64,000 nucleotides of DNA from Candidatus Velesiimonas alkalicola (GTDB lineage: Bacteria; Omnitrophota; Gorgyraeia; Velesiimonadales; Velesiimonadaceae): NCBI GenBank assembly GCA_013626165.1, contig NDHX01000003.1:115-64114 (forward strand), given 5' to 3'. The notes under the pieces were generated by a model. That model was not told the DNA's origin, searched no databases, and saw only the letters and a program-made list of their open reading frames with translations. Shown here in pieces: positions 18,975-28,687 of the stretch. The translations under genes and the position numbers were made by a program. Within the stretch, counting starts at the first letter, position 1, and each line of letters begins with the position of its first letter.

Positions 18975-19949
18975 TTACGCCCACCACATCCTGCCAGCAG
19001 ATTCTTTTAATATAATTTTTTTAAGAAAATCCACCGCTTTATAAAATCCTTCGTCTTTGCTCATAAGACTGTCTTCATGCTCTATTGAAAGAACCCCGTC
19101 ATACCTGACCATACGAAGTGTACTTACAAAGTCTTTCCAGAAATCTTCACCATGCCCATATCCAACTGTTCTGAATATCCATGACCTTACGCTTTCTTTT
19201 CCATAAGATTTTGTATCCAGAACCCCGTTTATTTTTGAATTTGCCTCGTATATTTTTGTATCTTTTGAATGAATATGGAATATTGTTTTCTCCAGCGCCC
19301 TTACCGATAATATCGGGTCTATGCCCTGCCAGAAAAGGTGGCTCGGGTCAAAGTTTGCACCTATATTTTCCCCACATTCTGCCCTTAACCTTAATAATGT
19401 CTCTGTATTGTAGACAACAAAACCGGGATGCATCTCAAAACATATTCTTACTCCATGCTCTCTGGCTACTTTCGCCTCTTGTTTCCAGTAGGGTATAACC
19501 TTTTTATTCCACTGCCATTCCACAATCTGTGTAAAATCCTCAGGCCAGGGACAAGTAACCCAGTTAGGGAATTTTGCATCTTCACTATCACCCGGACACC
19601 CGGAAAAATTTACCACATTTTTTACACCCAATTTTTTTGCAAGTCTAATGGTCTTTCTATGTGTCTGGTGATGTTCTCTTGCTATTTTTTTATCAGGATG
19701 CAGAGGATTTCCATGACAGGAAAGCGCACTTATTATAAGTCCATTGTCTTTTATCATAGCAAGGTATTCCTTGCATTTCCCGTCACTTTCAAGAAGTTTA
19801 TCCACAGGGCAATGTGAAGAGCCGGGATAGTTTCCAGTCCCAATTTCAATTGCCTCAAGTCCTGCCTCTGCAAATTTTACAAGTGCTTTTTCAAATTCTA
19901 CATCTCCATAAAGAACAGTAAATACACCAAGTTTCATATTCCCCTCCAA
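18975..19949 (-). CDS. Sugar phosphate isomerase/epimerase (xylose isomerase-like TIM barrel)
   Basis: 324 aa. Family-level similarity only. Confidence 0.6.
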   Translation of the reverse strand: MEGNMKLGVFTVLYGDVEFEKALVKFAEAGLEAIEIGTGNYPGSSHCPVDKLLESDGKCKEYLAMIKDNGLIISALSCHGNPLHPDKKIAREHHQTHRKTIRLAKKLGVKNVVNFSGCPGDSEDAKFPNWVTCPWPEDFTQIVEWQWNKKVIPYWKQEAKVAREHGVRICFEMHPGFVVYNTETLLRLRAECGENIGANFDPSHLFWQGIDPILSVRALEKTIFHIHSKDTKIYEANSKINGVLDTKSYGKESVRSWIFRTVGYGHGEDFWKDFVSTLRMVRYDGVLSIEHEDSLMSKDEGFYKAVDFLKKIILKESAGRMWWA

Positions 19950-19963
19950 TTTTTAATTTTTTC

Positions 19964-21118
19964 TTATATTTTTATCCATTTTTTTTCTTTAACAGATTGC
20001 ATTACAGCATCTAACACTTTCTGACATTTAAGCCCATCCTCAAAATTAGGAGAAGGCATCCTGTTATCAGCAATATCATTGAGAAGATCATATATAGTGT
20101 TTATAAATGTATGCTCATAGCCTATTATATGTCCGGGTGGCCAGTAGCCGTCTATATATGGATGAATACCTGGTTCGGTAACAAGTATTGTCCTGAAGCC
20201 CTGTATGTGTGAAGGGTCTTTTCTTGAATAAAATTTAAGTTCATTCATTCTCTCAAACTCAAAAACAAGACTTCCTTCACTTCCATTTATTTCTATTTTT
20301 TCACCATTTTTTCTTCCTGCTGCAAATCTTGTTGCCTCAAAACTTCCCAGTGCTCCATTTTTAAACCTTGCAAGAAAAAGCATCGCATCGTCAACCGTAA
20401 CCTTACCCTTCTTGGGAGAACTTTTGGCAGAAAGTCCTTCCGTTGTTGCAGATAATACAGGTCTTTGTTTTATAAATGTTTCACTGCAACCTACAACCTC
20501 ATCAAAATCTCCTGCAAGAAACCTTGTAAGGTCTATAAGATGAGCATTTAAGTCACCGTGTGAACCTGAACCTGCAACCCTGCTGTCCAACCTCCATACA
20601 AGAGGAAATTCAGGATTTATAATCCAGTCCTGCAAATAAACAGCCCTTATATGGTATATCCTTCCGATTCTTCCCTCATCTATAATTTTTTTTGCAAGAG
20701 AAATGGCAGGAACCCTCCTGTAATTAAAACAAATCATATGTTTTACTCCTGCTTTTTTAACCGCATTAACCATCTTTTTTGCTTCTTCACTATTCATAGC
20801 AAGAGGTTTTTCACAAAGAATATGCTTCCCTGCTTTTGCTGCCTCAATGGCAATCTCACAGTGCGTATCATTGGGGGTTGAAATATCAACCAGATGTATG
20901 TCATCTCTTTTTATAAGTTTTTTCCAATCAGTTTCATATGTTTCCCATCCCCAGTTTTGTTGAACATTTATCACTTCTTTTTCATGCCTTCCGCATATAG
21001 CTCTCATTACCGGTTTAATCTTTGGCTTAAAAAATTTATTTACTTTCAAAAAAGCGTTTGAATGAGCCTTTCCCATAAACTTATAACCTACAAGTCCTAC
21101 ACCAATTGTATCAGCCAT
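19964..21118 (-). CDS. Gfo/Idh/MocA family oxidoreductase
   Basis: 384 aa. N-terminal Rossmann fold IGVGLVGYKFMGKAHSNAF. Confidence 0.7.
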   Translation of the reverse strand: MADTIGVGLVGYKFMGKAHSNAFLKVNKFFKPKIKPVMRAICGRHEKEVINVQQNWGWETYETDWKKLIKRDDIHLVDISTPNDTHCEIAIEAAKAGKHILCEKPLAMNSEEAKKMVNAVKKAGVKHMICFNYRRVPAISLAKKIIDEGRIGRIYHIRAVYLQDWIINPEFPLVWRLDSRVAGSGSHGDLNAHLIDLTRFLAGDFDEVVGCSETFIKQRPVLSATTEGLSAKSSPKKGKVTVDDAMLFLARFKNGALGSFEATRFAAGRKNGEKIEINGSEGSLVFEFERMNELKFYSRKDPSHIQGFRTILVTEPGIHPYIDGYWPPGHIIGYEHTFINTIYDLLNDIADNRMPSPNFEDGLKCQKVLDAVMQSVKEKKWIKI

Positions 21119-21139
21119 ATGTTCTCCTATTTTTTTATG

Positions 21140-21265
21140 TTTACCGTTAACTGTTCACCGTATTCCGTTACCCATATTCCATATCCCGTCGCCCGTATTC
21201 CGTATACCGCATTTCATAAAAGATACTTACGATGATATACGAACAAAGGTTTTCCCTGTTATCCA
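21140..21265. repeat. Family B intergenic repeat (MITE-like), copy 1, left end degenerate
   Basis: The core tatcccgtcgcccgtattccgtataccgcatttcataaaagatacttacgatgatatacgaac is shared with 39157-39219. The right terminal aaaggttttccctgttatcc is similar to the copy-2 TIR. Confidence 0.6.
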
Positions 21266-21291
21266 TCACTTATAACCCTGCTTACTGTTTT

Positions 21292-22992
21292 TTAAAACAG
21301 TCCCACTATTTTTCCTTTCTTATCAATATCAACCCTTTCACCGCAGGGTTCTGTAGGAAGTCCCGGCATTGTTCTCATTGTCCCGCAAAGAGGATATAGA
21401 AAACCAGCACCTACTGATGCCCTGATATCTCTTACAGGTAATGTATAGCCCGTAGGTCTTCCCTTCCGTTCAGGGTCGTGTGAAAGTGAAAGATGTGTCT
21501 TTGCCATGCATACAGGCACTCTATCAAATCCCCATTCTGTGTACTGCTTTATCTTTTTCTCTGCAATCGGCGAATATTCAACCTTTGCTGCACCATATAT
21601 TTCAGTGGCAATCGCTTTAATTTTTTCTTTTATAGAAATATTAAGCGGATATAAGAACCTGAACTTGTTCGGTTTATCTGTTGCTTTTACGACTGCCTGT
21701 GCAAGGTCTTTTCCACCTTCTCCGCCTTTTTCCCATACATCACTTACAACAGCATCATCCGCCCCGGCATCAATTGCTTTTTTTCTTATAAGAGCAATCT
21801 CTTTATCTGTATCGGTTGTGAACCTGTTTATTGCTACAACAACAGGCACCTTAAAAAGCCTCATATTTTCTATCTGTTTTTCAAGGTTACATATACCTTC
21901 TTCTATTGCCGGAAGATTTTCTTTTGTCAAACCCGGGTCAAGCGGTTTTCCTGCCACAACCTTGAACTTTCCTGAGTGCATCTTCAGCGCCCTTACTGAA
22001 CATACAACAACCGTTGCATTTGGAACAAGATTGCTCTGTCTGCATTTTATATTAAAAAATTTCTCTGCACCCATATCCGCACCAAAACCTGCCTCTGTTA
22101 CAACAAAATCAGAAAGACGAACCGCTATCTTATCTGCAATAATAGATGAGTTTCCATGTGCAATATTTGCAAAAGATCCTGCATGGACAAATGCGGCGGT
22201 ATGTTCTGTTGTCTGCATAAGGTTTGGTTTTATAGCATCCTTTAACAGAGCTGTCATAGCACCCGCAACCTTTATATCTTCTGCTGTTACGGGTTTTCCA
22301 TCGTATGTGGAAGCAAGTACAATCTTCCCCAATCGTTTTCTTAAATCTTTTAAGTCTGTTGTAAGAGCAAGTATGGCCATTATCTCGCTTGCAGCAGATA
22401 TATCAAAACCTGACTCCCTGGGAACTCCATCTTCTTTTCCACCGAGTCCTATTACGATATTCCGCAGCGCCCTGTCGCTTACATCTACGACCCTTCTCCA
22501 GGTGATACTTAAAGGGTCTATATTTATTGTTCTTTTAAGAAGTGCATTGTCAAGAAATGCCGCACAAAGGTTATGCGCAAGAGATACCGCATGCACATCT
22601 CCCGTAAGATGAAGATTGAAGTCCTCCACTGGAAGAACCTGTGAATATCCTCCGCCTGCTGCGCCACCTTTTATGCCAAATACAGGCCCCAGTGAAGGCT
22701 GCCTTATACAGGTTATTATCTTTTTACCTATTTTCGCAAGCCCCAATGAAAGACCTATGGTTGTAACAGTTTTCCCCTCACCCAACGGTGTTGGTGTTAT
22801 TGCGGTTACAACAATATATTTTGCCTGTGGTCTGTTCTTTATTTTTTCAAGAATTTCAAGAATAACCTTTGCTTTGAACTTTCCATAAAGTTCAAGTTCA
22901 TCCTCTTTAATCCCGATTTTTTCTGCTATTTTTGTAATTGGTTCAATCTTCGCAGACTGCGCGATTTCCAAGTCGCTTGGTATCTTTGACAT
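21292..22992 (-). CDS. fhs: Formate--tetrahydrofolate ligase
   Basis: 566 aa. [15 protein letters not shown] and the FTHFS signature. Confidence 0.9.
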   Translation of the reverse strand: MSKIPSDLEIAQSAKIEPITKIAEKIGIKEDELELYGKFKAKVILEILEKIKNRPQAKYIVVTAITPTPLGEGKTVTTIGLSLGLAKIGKKIITCIRQPSLGPVFGIKGGAAGGGYSQVLPVEDFNLHLTGDVHAVSLAHNLCAAFLDNALLKRTINIDPLSITWRRVVDVSDRALRNIVIGLGGKEDGVPRESGFDISAASEIMAILALTTDLKDLRKRLGKIVLASTYDGKPVTAEDIKVAGAMTALLKDAIKPNLMQTTEHTAAFVHAGSFANIAHGNSSIIADKIAVRLSDFVVTEAGFGADMGAEKFFNIKCRQSNLVPNATVVVCSVRALKMHSGKFKVVAGKPLDPGLTKENLPAIEEGICNLEKQIENMRLFKVPVVVAINRFTTDTDKEIALIRKKAIDAGADDAVVSDVWEKGGEGGKDLAQAVVKATDKPNKFRFLYPLNISIKEKIKAIATEIYGAAKVEYSPIAEKKIKQYTEWGFDRVPVCMAKTHLSLSHDPERKGRPTGYTLPVRDIRASVGAGFLYPLCGTMRTMPGLPTEPCGERVDIDKKGKIVGLF

Positions 22993-23569
22993 ACCCCTCC
23001 TTTGAATGGTGTATTATAAGATTATTTTTGATATTTCTTTATATTTTATGACATTTTCCCATATACTGCATTTATTGCCTTATTTCTTATCCTGCAAGAA
23101 TCGCACTTTCAGCAAGTGCAGATGCAATACTTAAAAATATTATATTTCTGGAAGGAACATATGTCTGCGGGACATTAAGTCTTATATCGGATGTTCTTAC
23201 TCTTAAACCTGAAGATGTATGAGGGCAGACTTCCAAACAGGCAGATCAAGTTTTGCAATATATAAGGGAACTTTTGCTTTTTGGACAATTTTTTTTGCAG
23301 ATTCAATCTCACATTTGTGCCTCTGGTTGCATCCTATAATGCATTGAAAACAAAATAAGGATTGCATTGATTACACAGATTTTTAAATCCGATTACACAG
23401 ATTTCGACAGCAATCTTTATCTGTGTAATCTAAACTAATCTGTGTAATCATACCTTTATTTATTTGACAGAGCACTATAAGCATGGCAAAAGGTAAAAAT
23501 CCTCTGTTTTTTGCAAAAAAAGTGTAACAGATGAATCAAGCCCTCCCGATAAAAGAACCACACACTTTT

Positions 23570-23938
23570 TCACAATATATATGTTGCTGCTGCTGTATCC
23601 TTTTCCCAAACCTTTATACTTATTATCTTAATTTTTTTTAAATCTTTATCTTTTTTTAACTCCTGTGCAATATATTTTGTAATATTTTCTGATGTTGGGT
23701 TGTTTTTTTTAAAGTATGGAATTTCATTAAGGTATGTATGGTCAATTTTTGATAATATACTCTTCAAAGAATCTCTTAAAACCGTAAAATCAATAACCAT
23801 ACCTAATCTGTTTAGGATTCCTGTTACGCTAACCTCAACCTTCCAGTTATGCCCGTGGAGTTTTTCGCATTCGCCCTGATATTCTCTTAAATTATGGGCG
23901 CCACTGAATGTCTCATATATGCAAATCTGAAACGGCAT
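23570..23938 (-). CDS. queD: 6-carboxy-5,6,7,8-tetrahydropterin synthase (6-pyruvoyl-tetrahydropterin synthase family)
   Basis: 122 aa. CEKLHGHNWKVEV motif. Confidence 0.8.
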   Translation of the reverse strand: MPFQICIYETFSGAHNLREYQGECEKLHGHNWKVEVSVTGILNRLGMVIDFTVLRDSLKSILSKIDHTYLNEIPYFKKNNPTSENITKYIAQELKKDKDLKKIKIISIKVWEKDTAAATYIL

Positions 23939-23954
23939 ATTACCTTTCCTTAAT

Positions 23955-24752
23955 CTACAAGGTTATTATTGCTGTTATTTTTTCTCCAAGAATCTTTGTT
24001 CCAATCTTTTCAAAACCTTCAGGGTCATCACTTACATAACATTTAAGGAAACCTTTATTGTTTGGACTTAAAATCTTATTTTTTTCAAGGTAATCTTTGA
24101 CAGAACTTGCACAGACGGAGGCTGAATTTACGATATAAATTTTTTTACCCAGAATCTTACTTATAGTGCTTTCAAGAATTGGATAATGCGTACAACCTAA
24201 AATAAGTGTATCTATGTTTTTATCAATTAAACCCCTTAAATACTCTCTTGCAATATCTTCAACAATCTTTCCTCCTGTTCTTCCTTCTTCAACCAGCGGG
24301 ACAAATAAAGGACAGGCTTTACTAAAAACTTTTAAACCTGAATCTAACTTAATGAGATGCTTTTGATATGACTGGCTCTTAATTGTTGTCTGTGTGCCTA
24401 TGACACCTATTCTTTTATTTCTTGTTTTCTTTGCCGCAATTTTTGCACCCGGTTCAATCACACCCATAATAGGAACAGAAAAGTATTTTTCCAGTGTTGA
24501 AAGTGCCACACTTGAAGAAGTATTGCAGGCAATGATTATTATTTTTACTTTATGTTTTAAAAAAAACAACACATTTTCTATTGAAAAACGAAGTATGGTA
24601 TCATTTGACTTTGTGCCGTAAGGAACCCTTGCCGTATCCCCGAAATATATTATAGACTCACGGGGGAGGATTTTTCTTATCTGCTTAACAACTGTAAGCC
24701 CACCGAGCCCTGAGTCAAAAACGCCTATGGGAAGCCTGCCTGGAGAAACCAT
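23955..24752 (-). CDS. murI: Glutamate racemase
   Basis: 265 aa. VFDSGLGGLTV ... LGCTHYP. Confidence 0.85.
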   Translation of the reverse strand: MVSPGRLPIGVFDSGLGGLTVVKQIRKILPRESIIYFGDTARVPYGTKSNDTILRFSIENVLFFLKHKVKIIIIACNTSSSVALSTLEKYFSVPIMGVIEPGAKIAAKKTRNKRIGVIGTQTTIKSQSYQKHLIKLDSGLKVFSKACPLFVPLVEEGRTGGKIVEDIAREYLRGLIDKNIDTLILGCTHYPILESTISKILGKKIYIVNSASVCASSVKDYLEKNKILSPNNKGFLKCYVSDDPEGFEKIGTKILGEKITAIITL

Positions 24753-25824
24753 CTGTCTTTTCGTATAATTCTTTAAATCTTAAAATGCCATCAGCAATGG
24801 ATTCTGCAACCATTTTTTGATAGTGTGTATTTGTTAATTTGGATGCCTCCCAACGGTTTGAAAGAAAACCGACCTCAACAAGAACAGAAGGTATGTGTGT
24901 CCATTTTAACACATAAAAGCGGGCTGTCTTTGAACCCCTGTTGGGGGTGGCAAGGCTTCTGTCAAGAGAACTGACAATTAACTGTGAGAGTTGTTTTGAT
25001 TCTATCTTGTTTTCATCCTGAATAATATCCCAGAGTAGTGCTCTTATATTAAGTCCAACATTTTCAGAAATTCCCCCCTCATATTTTAAGCGACCACGCT
25101 CTACCGCTTCTTTAAGGCGGGATTCTTCATCCATAGGACCACCAAGTGAAAACACCTCAAAACCTTTTGGCCTTGTTCTTGTTCTTCTCCTTCCCCTGCA
25201 TGCATTACAGTGTATGCTGACAAAAATATCTGCACCAGATGTATTTGCAATTCTTACTCTTTGAGAAAGAGGAACAAAAACATCTGTTTTTCTTGTCATT
25301 ATAACTTCTATACCGTTGGAAAGAAGTTCTTTTTCAAGATGTCTTGCTATTGAAAGATTTATATCATCCTCATGAATACCAAAGTGCACTGCACCCGGGT
25401 CATGTCCGCCATGCCCTGCATCAATAACTATTCTTCTTATCCTGTGAACAGCGGATGGAACAAGAGCAGGAATGAGAAAAACTTGGACAGCATCCTTTGA
25501 TATAAAAAGTGCACCGCTTTTATAGATAAGCGGTAATTTAAGGGTTGTAGGTTGATTATTTATTAAAGCAGTATTTGAATTAATAAAAAATACTGCTTCA
25601 TGCTCAGGACTTCTTATGGTAAATTTCTGTGAAATGACATCCCATTCCCAAATCAAATTATTTCTGTTGCAAAATTCAACTACATTTACATATCTAGAAA
25701 TATCAGGATGTGGCACTCTTCTATATGGGGCGGGAACACAACCGGACATAAATAAAATACACATACAACCAAGCCACAAAGGCGCAAAGAAAAAATTAAA
25801 AATAAACAATTTTATGTTTTTCAT
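24715..25824 (-). CDS. N-acetylmuramoyl-L-alanine amidase (AMIN domain plus amidase_3)
   Basis: 369 aa. IVIDAGHGGHDPGA. Signal/lipoprotein N-terminus. Confidence 0.8.
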   Translation of the reverse strand: MKNIKLFIFNFFFAPLWLGCMCILFMSGCVPAPYRRVPHPDISRYVNVVEFCNRNNLIWEWDVISQKFTIRSPEHEAVFFINSNTALINNQPTTLKLPLIYKSGALFISKDAVQVFLIPALVPSAVHRIRRIVIDAGHGGHDPGAVHFGIHEDDINLSIARHLEKELLSNGIEVIMTRKTDVFVPLSQRVRIANTSGADIFVSIHCNACRGRRRTRTRPKGFEVFSLGGPMDEESRLKEAVERGRLKYEGGISENVGLNIRALLWDIIQDENKIESKQLSQLIVSSLDRSLATPNRGSKTARFYVLKWTHIPSVLVEVGFLSNRWEASKLTNTHYQKMVAESIADGILRFKELYEKTDGFSRQASHRRF

Positions 25825-26066
25825 TTTTTTCTTAAAAAAAATATACCGCTCTGTTAATTCCCATTCCCTTTTATGGCAAGAGTATATTCCGTTGTCTGTT
25901 TATCTTGTACTTCATACAATACTGGGGTGGTAGCGTTTATTTGACCAAATCTGAACTTTTTTGCCTGCGCCTGCCAAAGTCCGAAGGACAACAGAGGGAG
26001 CAAAACTGACGCTCCGCCCCCCAGAGGCCTTTGAATCACTCTACATTCAAAAAATCTCAGTGATTC

Positions 26067-26456
26067 TCATTTCATTAGCCTGCTCACCAGCCAGATAACC
26101 ACCACGAGCACCAGTATCACTAATGCCAGCTTGATGATGCCCGGCCCCACCAGCCTGGCTGCTACCAGAATAAACACCAGCAAGATAACAGGCACGATAA
26201 ACCAGCCCCAGAACCTCCCGGATGGTAATTCCCTCATGGAGGTTACTCCCCCGGAGTGATCATATGCCGCCCTCCTGTCAGAATCGGAGAGCACCTCATA
26301 GGCTTCATTAAGCTGCTTCATCTTCTCGGCCGCATCCGGCGAGGTGCTCACATCGGGATGGTACTTTGCTGCCAGTCGGCGATAGGCGGCGACGACCACC
26401 TCTCTGTCTGCCTCGGGATGGACCTGCAGGGTAGCGTAATAGTCAGGCTTTCCCAT
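26067..26456 (-). CDS. J-domain (DnaJ-like) membrane protein, inside the high-GC island
   Basis: 129 aa. DYYATLQVHPEADREVVVAAYRRLAAKYHPD plus a C-terminal TM helix. GC-rich codon usage. Confidence 0.7.
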   Translation of the reverse strand: MGKPDYYATLQVHPEADREVVVAAYRRLAAKYHPDVSTSPDAAEKMKQLNEAYEVLSDSDRRAAYDHSGGVTSMRELPSGRFWGWFIVPVILLVFILVAARLVGPGIIKLALVILVLVVVIWLVSRLMK

Positions 26457-26472
26457 TGCCTAAGTGCGGTTC

Positions 26473-27339
26473 TCATTCCCTGGGCTGCGGACTCACCAGG
26501 AATCTGAAGAGCTCGGAGTTAGATCCCAACACCAGGGTAGTTTCCCCAACAAGGAATTTCTCGTATGCCTCCAGTGTCCTCAGAAAGGCGTAGAACTCAG
26601 GGGCTTGCCCAAAGGCTTCGGCATAGATGCTGGCGGCCCCAGCTTCTCCCTCTCCCCTGAGGATCAGGGCAGCCCTCTCAGCCTCGGCCAGTAGAACCAC
26701 TACCTCTCTATCTGCGCTGGCCCTGATTTTCATGGCCTCCTGTGCCCCTTCAGCACGAGCCTCCTTGGCCATCCGGTCTCGCTCCGCTCTCATCCGGGCA
26801 AAAACAGCCTCTTCTACCCCTTCAGGGAGGTCGGCCCTTCTCATCCGGACGTCTATTACCTCGATACCAAACTCACGGCGAGCAACCTCATCTACATGTC
26901 GGCCTACGGTCTCCATAATCGGCTTCCTCTCGACGCTAATTATGTCCCAGAGGTTGTGTCGAGCAATCTCCTCCCGTAATCTGGAGATAGCAATGCTATT
27001 TAACCTGAGCCTGGCCCCATGTTCATCTCTTACCGACTCGTAAAATCGGAGCGGAACTACAATCCGCCACCGGCTGTAACTATCCACCAGCAGCCTCTCT
27101 TTGTCCAGGGTAATGAACTCCGTCGCCGGGGCATCAGCAAACAATATCCTTCTTTCCATGCGGGATACTGTTTGAATGAAAGGGACTTTGAAGTTTATCC
27201 CTGGTTCCTTGATCGTCCTTATATATTCCCCAAATTGCAGAATGATCGCCTGCTCAGCCTCGTCTATCGTAAATATGGTCTGACCTAACATGAACATGGC
27301 CGCCACTACGATTATTACGGTTATCATTAATTTTCTCAT
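26473..27339 (-). CDS. hflC: HflC (SPFH/band-7 protease modulator), inside the high-GC island
   Basis: 288 aa SPFH domain. GC-rich. Confidence 0.8.
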   Translation of the reverse strand: MRKLMITVIIVVAAMFMLGQTIFTIDEAEQAIILQFGEYIRTIKEPGINFKVPFIQTVSRMERRILFADAPATEFITLDKERLLVDSYSRWRIVVPLRFYESVRDEHGARLRLNSIAISRLREEIARHNLWDIISVERKPIMETVGRHVDEVARREFGIEVIDVRMRRADLPEGVEEAVFARMRAERDRMAKEARAEGAQEAMKIRASADREVVVLLAEAERAALILRGEGEAGAASIYAEAFGQAPEFYAFLRTLEAYEKFLVGETTLVLGSNSELFRFLVSPQPRE

Positions 27340-28370
27340 TGTTCACCCCCCAGGTCCCTCAGTGGCAGAAACGGCATCAGGTTGCCGCCGACTGCGGGAT
27401 CGATAATGATTTTCTCGGTTCCGGCAAGAACCCGTTCTATCGTCTCCAGGTATAGCCTCTGTCGGGTCACTGCCGGTGCCATCTGGTACTCCGCAAGAAT
27501 TTTGAGAAACCGCGCTGTATCACCCTCAGCCAGCGCTATCCTTTCGTCCCTAAAGGCAGTGGCGGCGTGTGTTTTCGCTGCCGCCTCTCCCCTGGCTCGG
27601 GGAACTATATCCCGGGCGTACCCTTCAGCCTCTCTCTGAAGCCTTTCCCTATCTGCCTTAGCCCGGACCACATCGTAGAAGGCTTCCCTGACTTCTTCTG
27701 GCGGGTCCACTACCTGTAGTTCCACTCTAATTACATGCAGTCCCGTCAGATGAGCATCCAGCAGAGACTGCAGAAACTCCCAGGTTCCTGCTTCTACATC
27801 AGGGCGACCCACGGTCATCGCATGATCAATATCCATGTTCCCGATAACACTGCGCAGGGCGACCTCAGTATTTACGCGCAGAGCCTCCTCGGGACCTTCA
27901 GTCCGGAATAGATAGGTAGGTGCATCCTTCACCTGATAAAGCACCAAAACCTGGACATCAGCGATATTCCTATCCCCGGTGAGCATCAGCGATTCCAATG
28001 GCATTCGCGCGTGTCTCGGCGGTCTCCCCGGCCTCTCTACCGTCCGAAAGCCGATCTCGGCCCTCCTTACCGCAAGCACATTCACCACATTATGGCTCTG
28101 AATTGGCCAGGGCAGGCGATATTTCAACCCGGGGTCAGTTTGGGATACAAATTTCCCGAATTGCCTCACCACCCCCACTTCGGCGGGCCCAACCGTGTAG
28201 ATTCCACTTGCCAGCCAGATTGCCACCACAACCCCTATTACGAGCCATATTATTGGCCCTATCTTCACCGGCTTGCCCTTCTTCTCACCACCCATCCACC
28301 CGACTATCTCCTGCCAGATATCCTCCCATGGCATCTGGCTTCCTGCTCCTCCTCCTAATCCTCCGTTCAC
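27336..28370 (-). CDS. hflK: HflK (SPFH/band-7 protease modulator), inside the high-GC island
   Basis: 344 aa. VGPAEVGVVRQFGKF... Overlaps the hflC start. GC-rich. Confidence 0.8.
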   Translation of the reverse strand: MNGGLGGGAGSQMPWEDIWQEIVGWMGGEKKGKPVKIGPIIWLVIGVVVAIWLASGIYTVGPAEVGVVRQFGKFVSQTDPGLKYRLPWPIQSHNVVNVLAVRRAEIGFRTVERPGRPPRHARMPLESLMLTGDRNIADVQVLVLYQVKDAPTYLFRTEGPEEALRVNTEVALRSVIGNMDIDHAMTVGRPDVEAGTWEFLQSLLDAHLTGLHVIRVELQVVDPPEEVREAFYDVVRAKADRERLQREAEGYARDIVPRARGEAAAKTHAATAFRDERIALAEGDTARFLKILAEYQMAPAVTRQRLYLETIERVLAGTEKIIIDPAVGGNLMPFLPLRDLGGEQ

Positions 28371-28687
28371 TTCTACGCCTCCTTTCTTTTTTCTACTCGT
28401 TTTACTCGTCCGGGTTCCGTTCCCGGAGAGACTTGATTTTACACTTCATATAATACAGTTAATGTGTTTATTTAACCAAACCTAAACCCTTTGCCTGCTC
28501 GCCAAAACCCGAAAAGCAACGAAGGGAACTAAGCCAACCGCTTCTGTTTTGCTCCGGCGGCAACGCTTCCGACATATTTACTCTGTTCTCCACAACGAGA
28601 AAAACATAAACCCTGATTGATTGGGAATTTCCTCTAAATTATTTTCAATTGGTCTTGTTTTTAAGTTAATTTTCCCATACAATTTTA

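Noticed and set aside
21506-22612. Plus-strand 368-aa ORF inside fhs
   Set aside because: It is antisense to formate-THF ligase. A shadow ORF of this kind is typical for a long well-conserved gene.
22993-23569. ZTP (pfl) or THF riboswitch upstream of fhs/folD
   Set aside because: Looked for the ZTP pseudoknot consensus (GGGUCGUGA ... CCGCCUGGGCA) and THF-like motifs on the minus strand. None recognisable. Left as an unexplained long spacer.
26627-28453. Several plus-strand ORFs (138 aa, 151 aa, 115 aa) inside the high-GC island
   Set aside because: High-GC DNA gives long spurious antisense ORFs. They are Ala/Arg/Pro/Ser-rich and overlap hflC and hflK.
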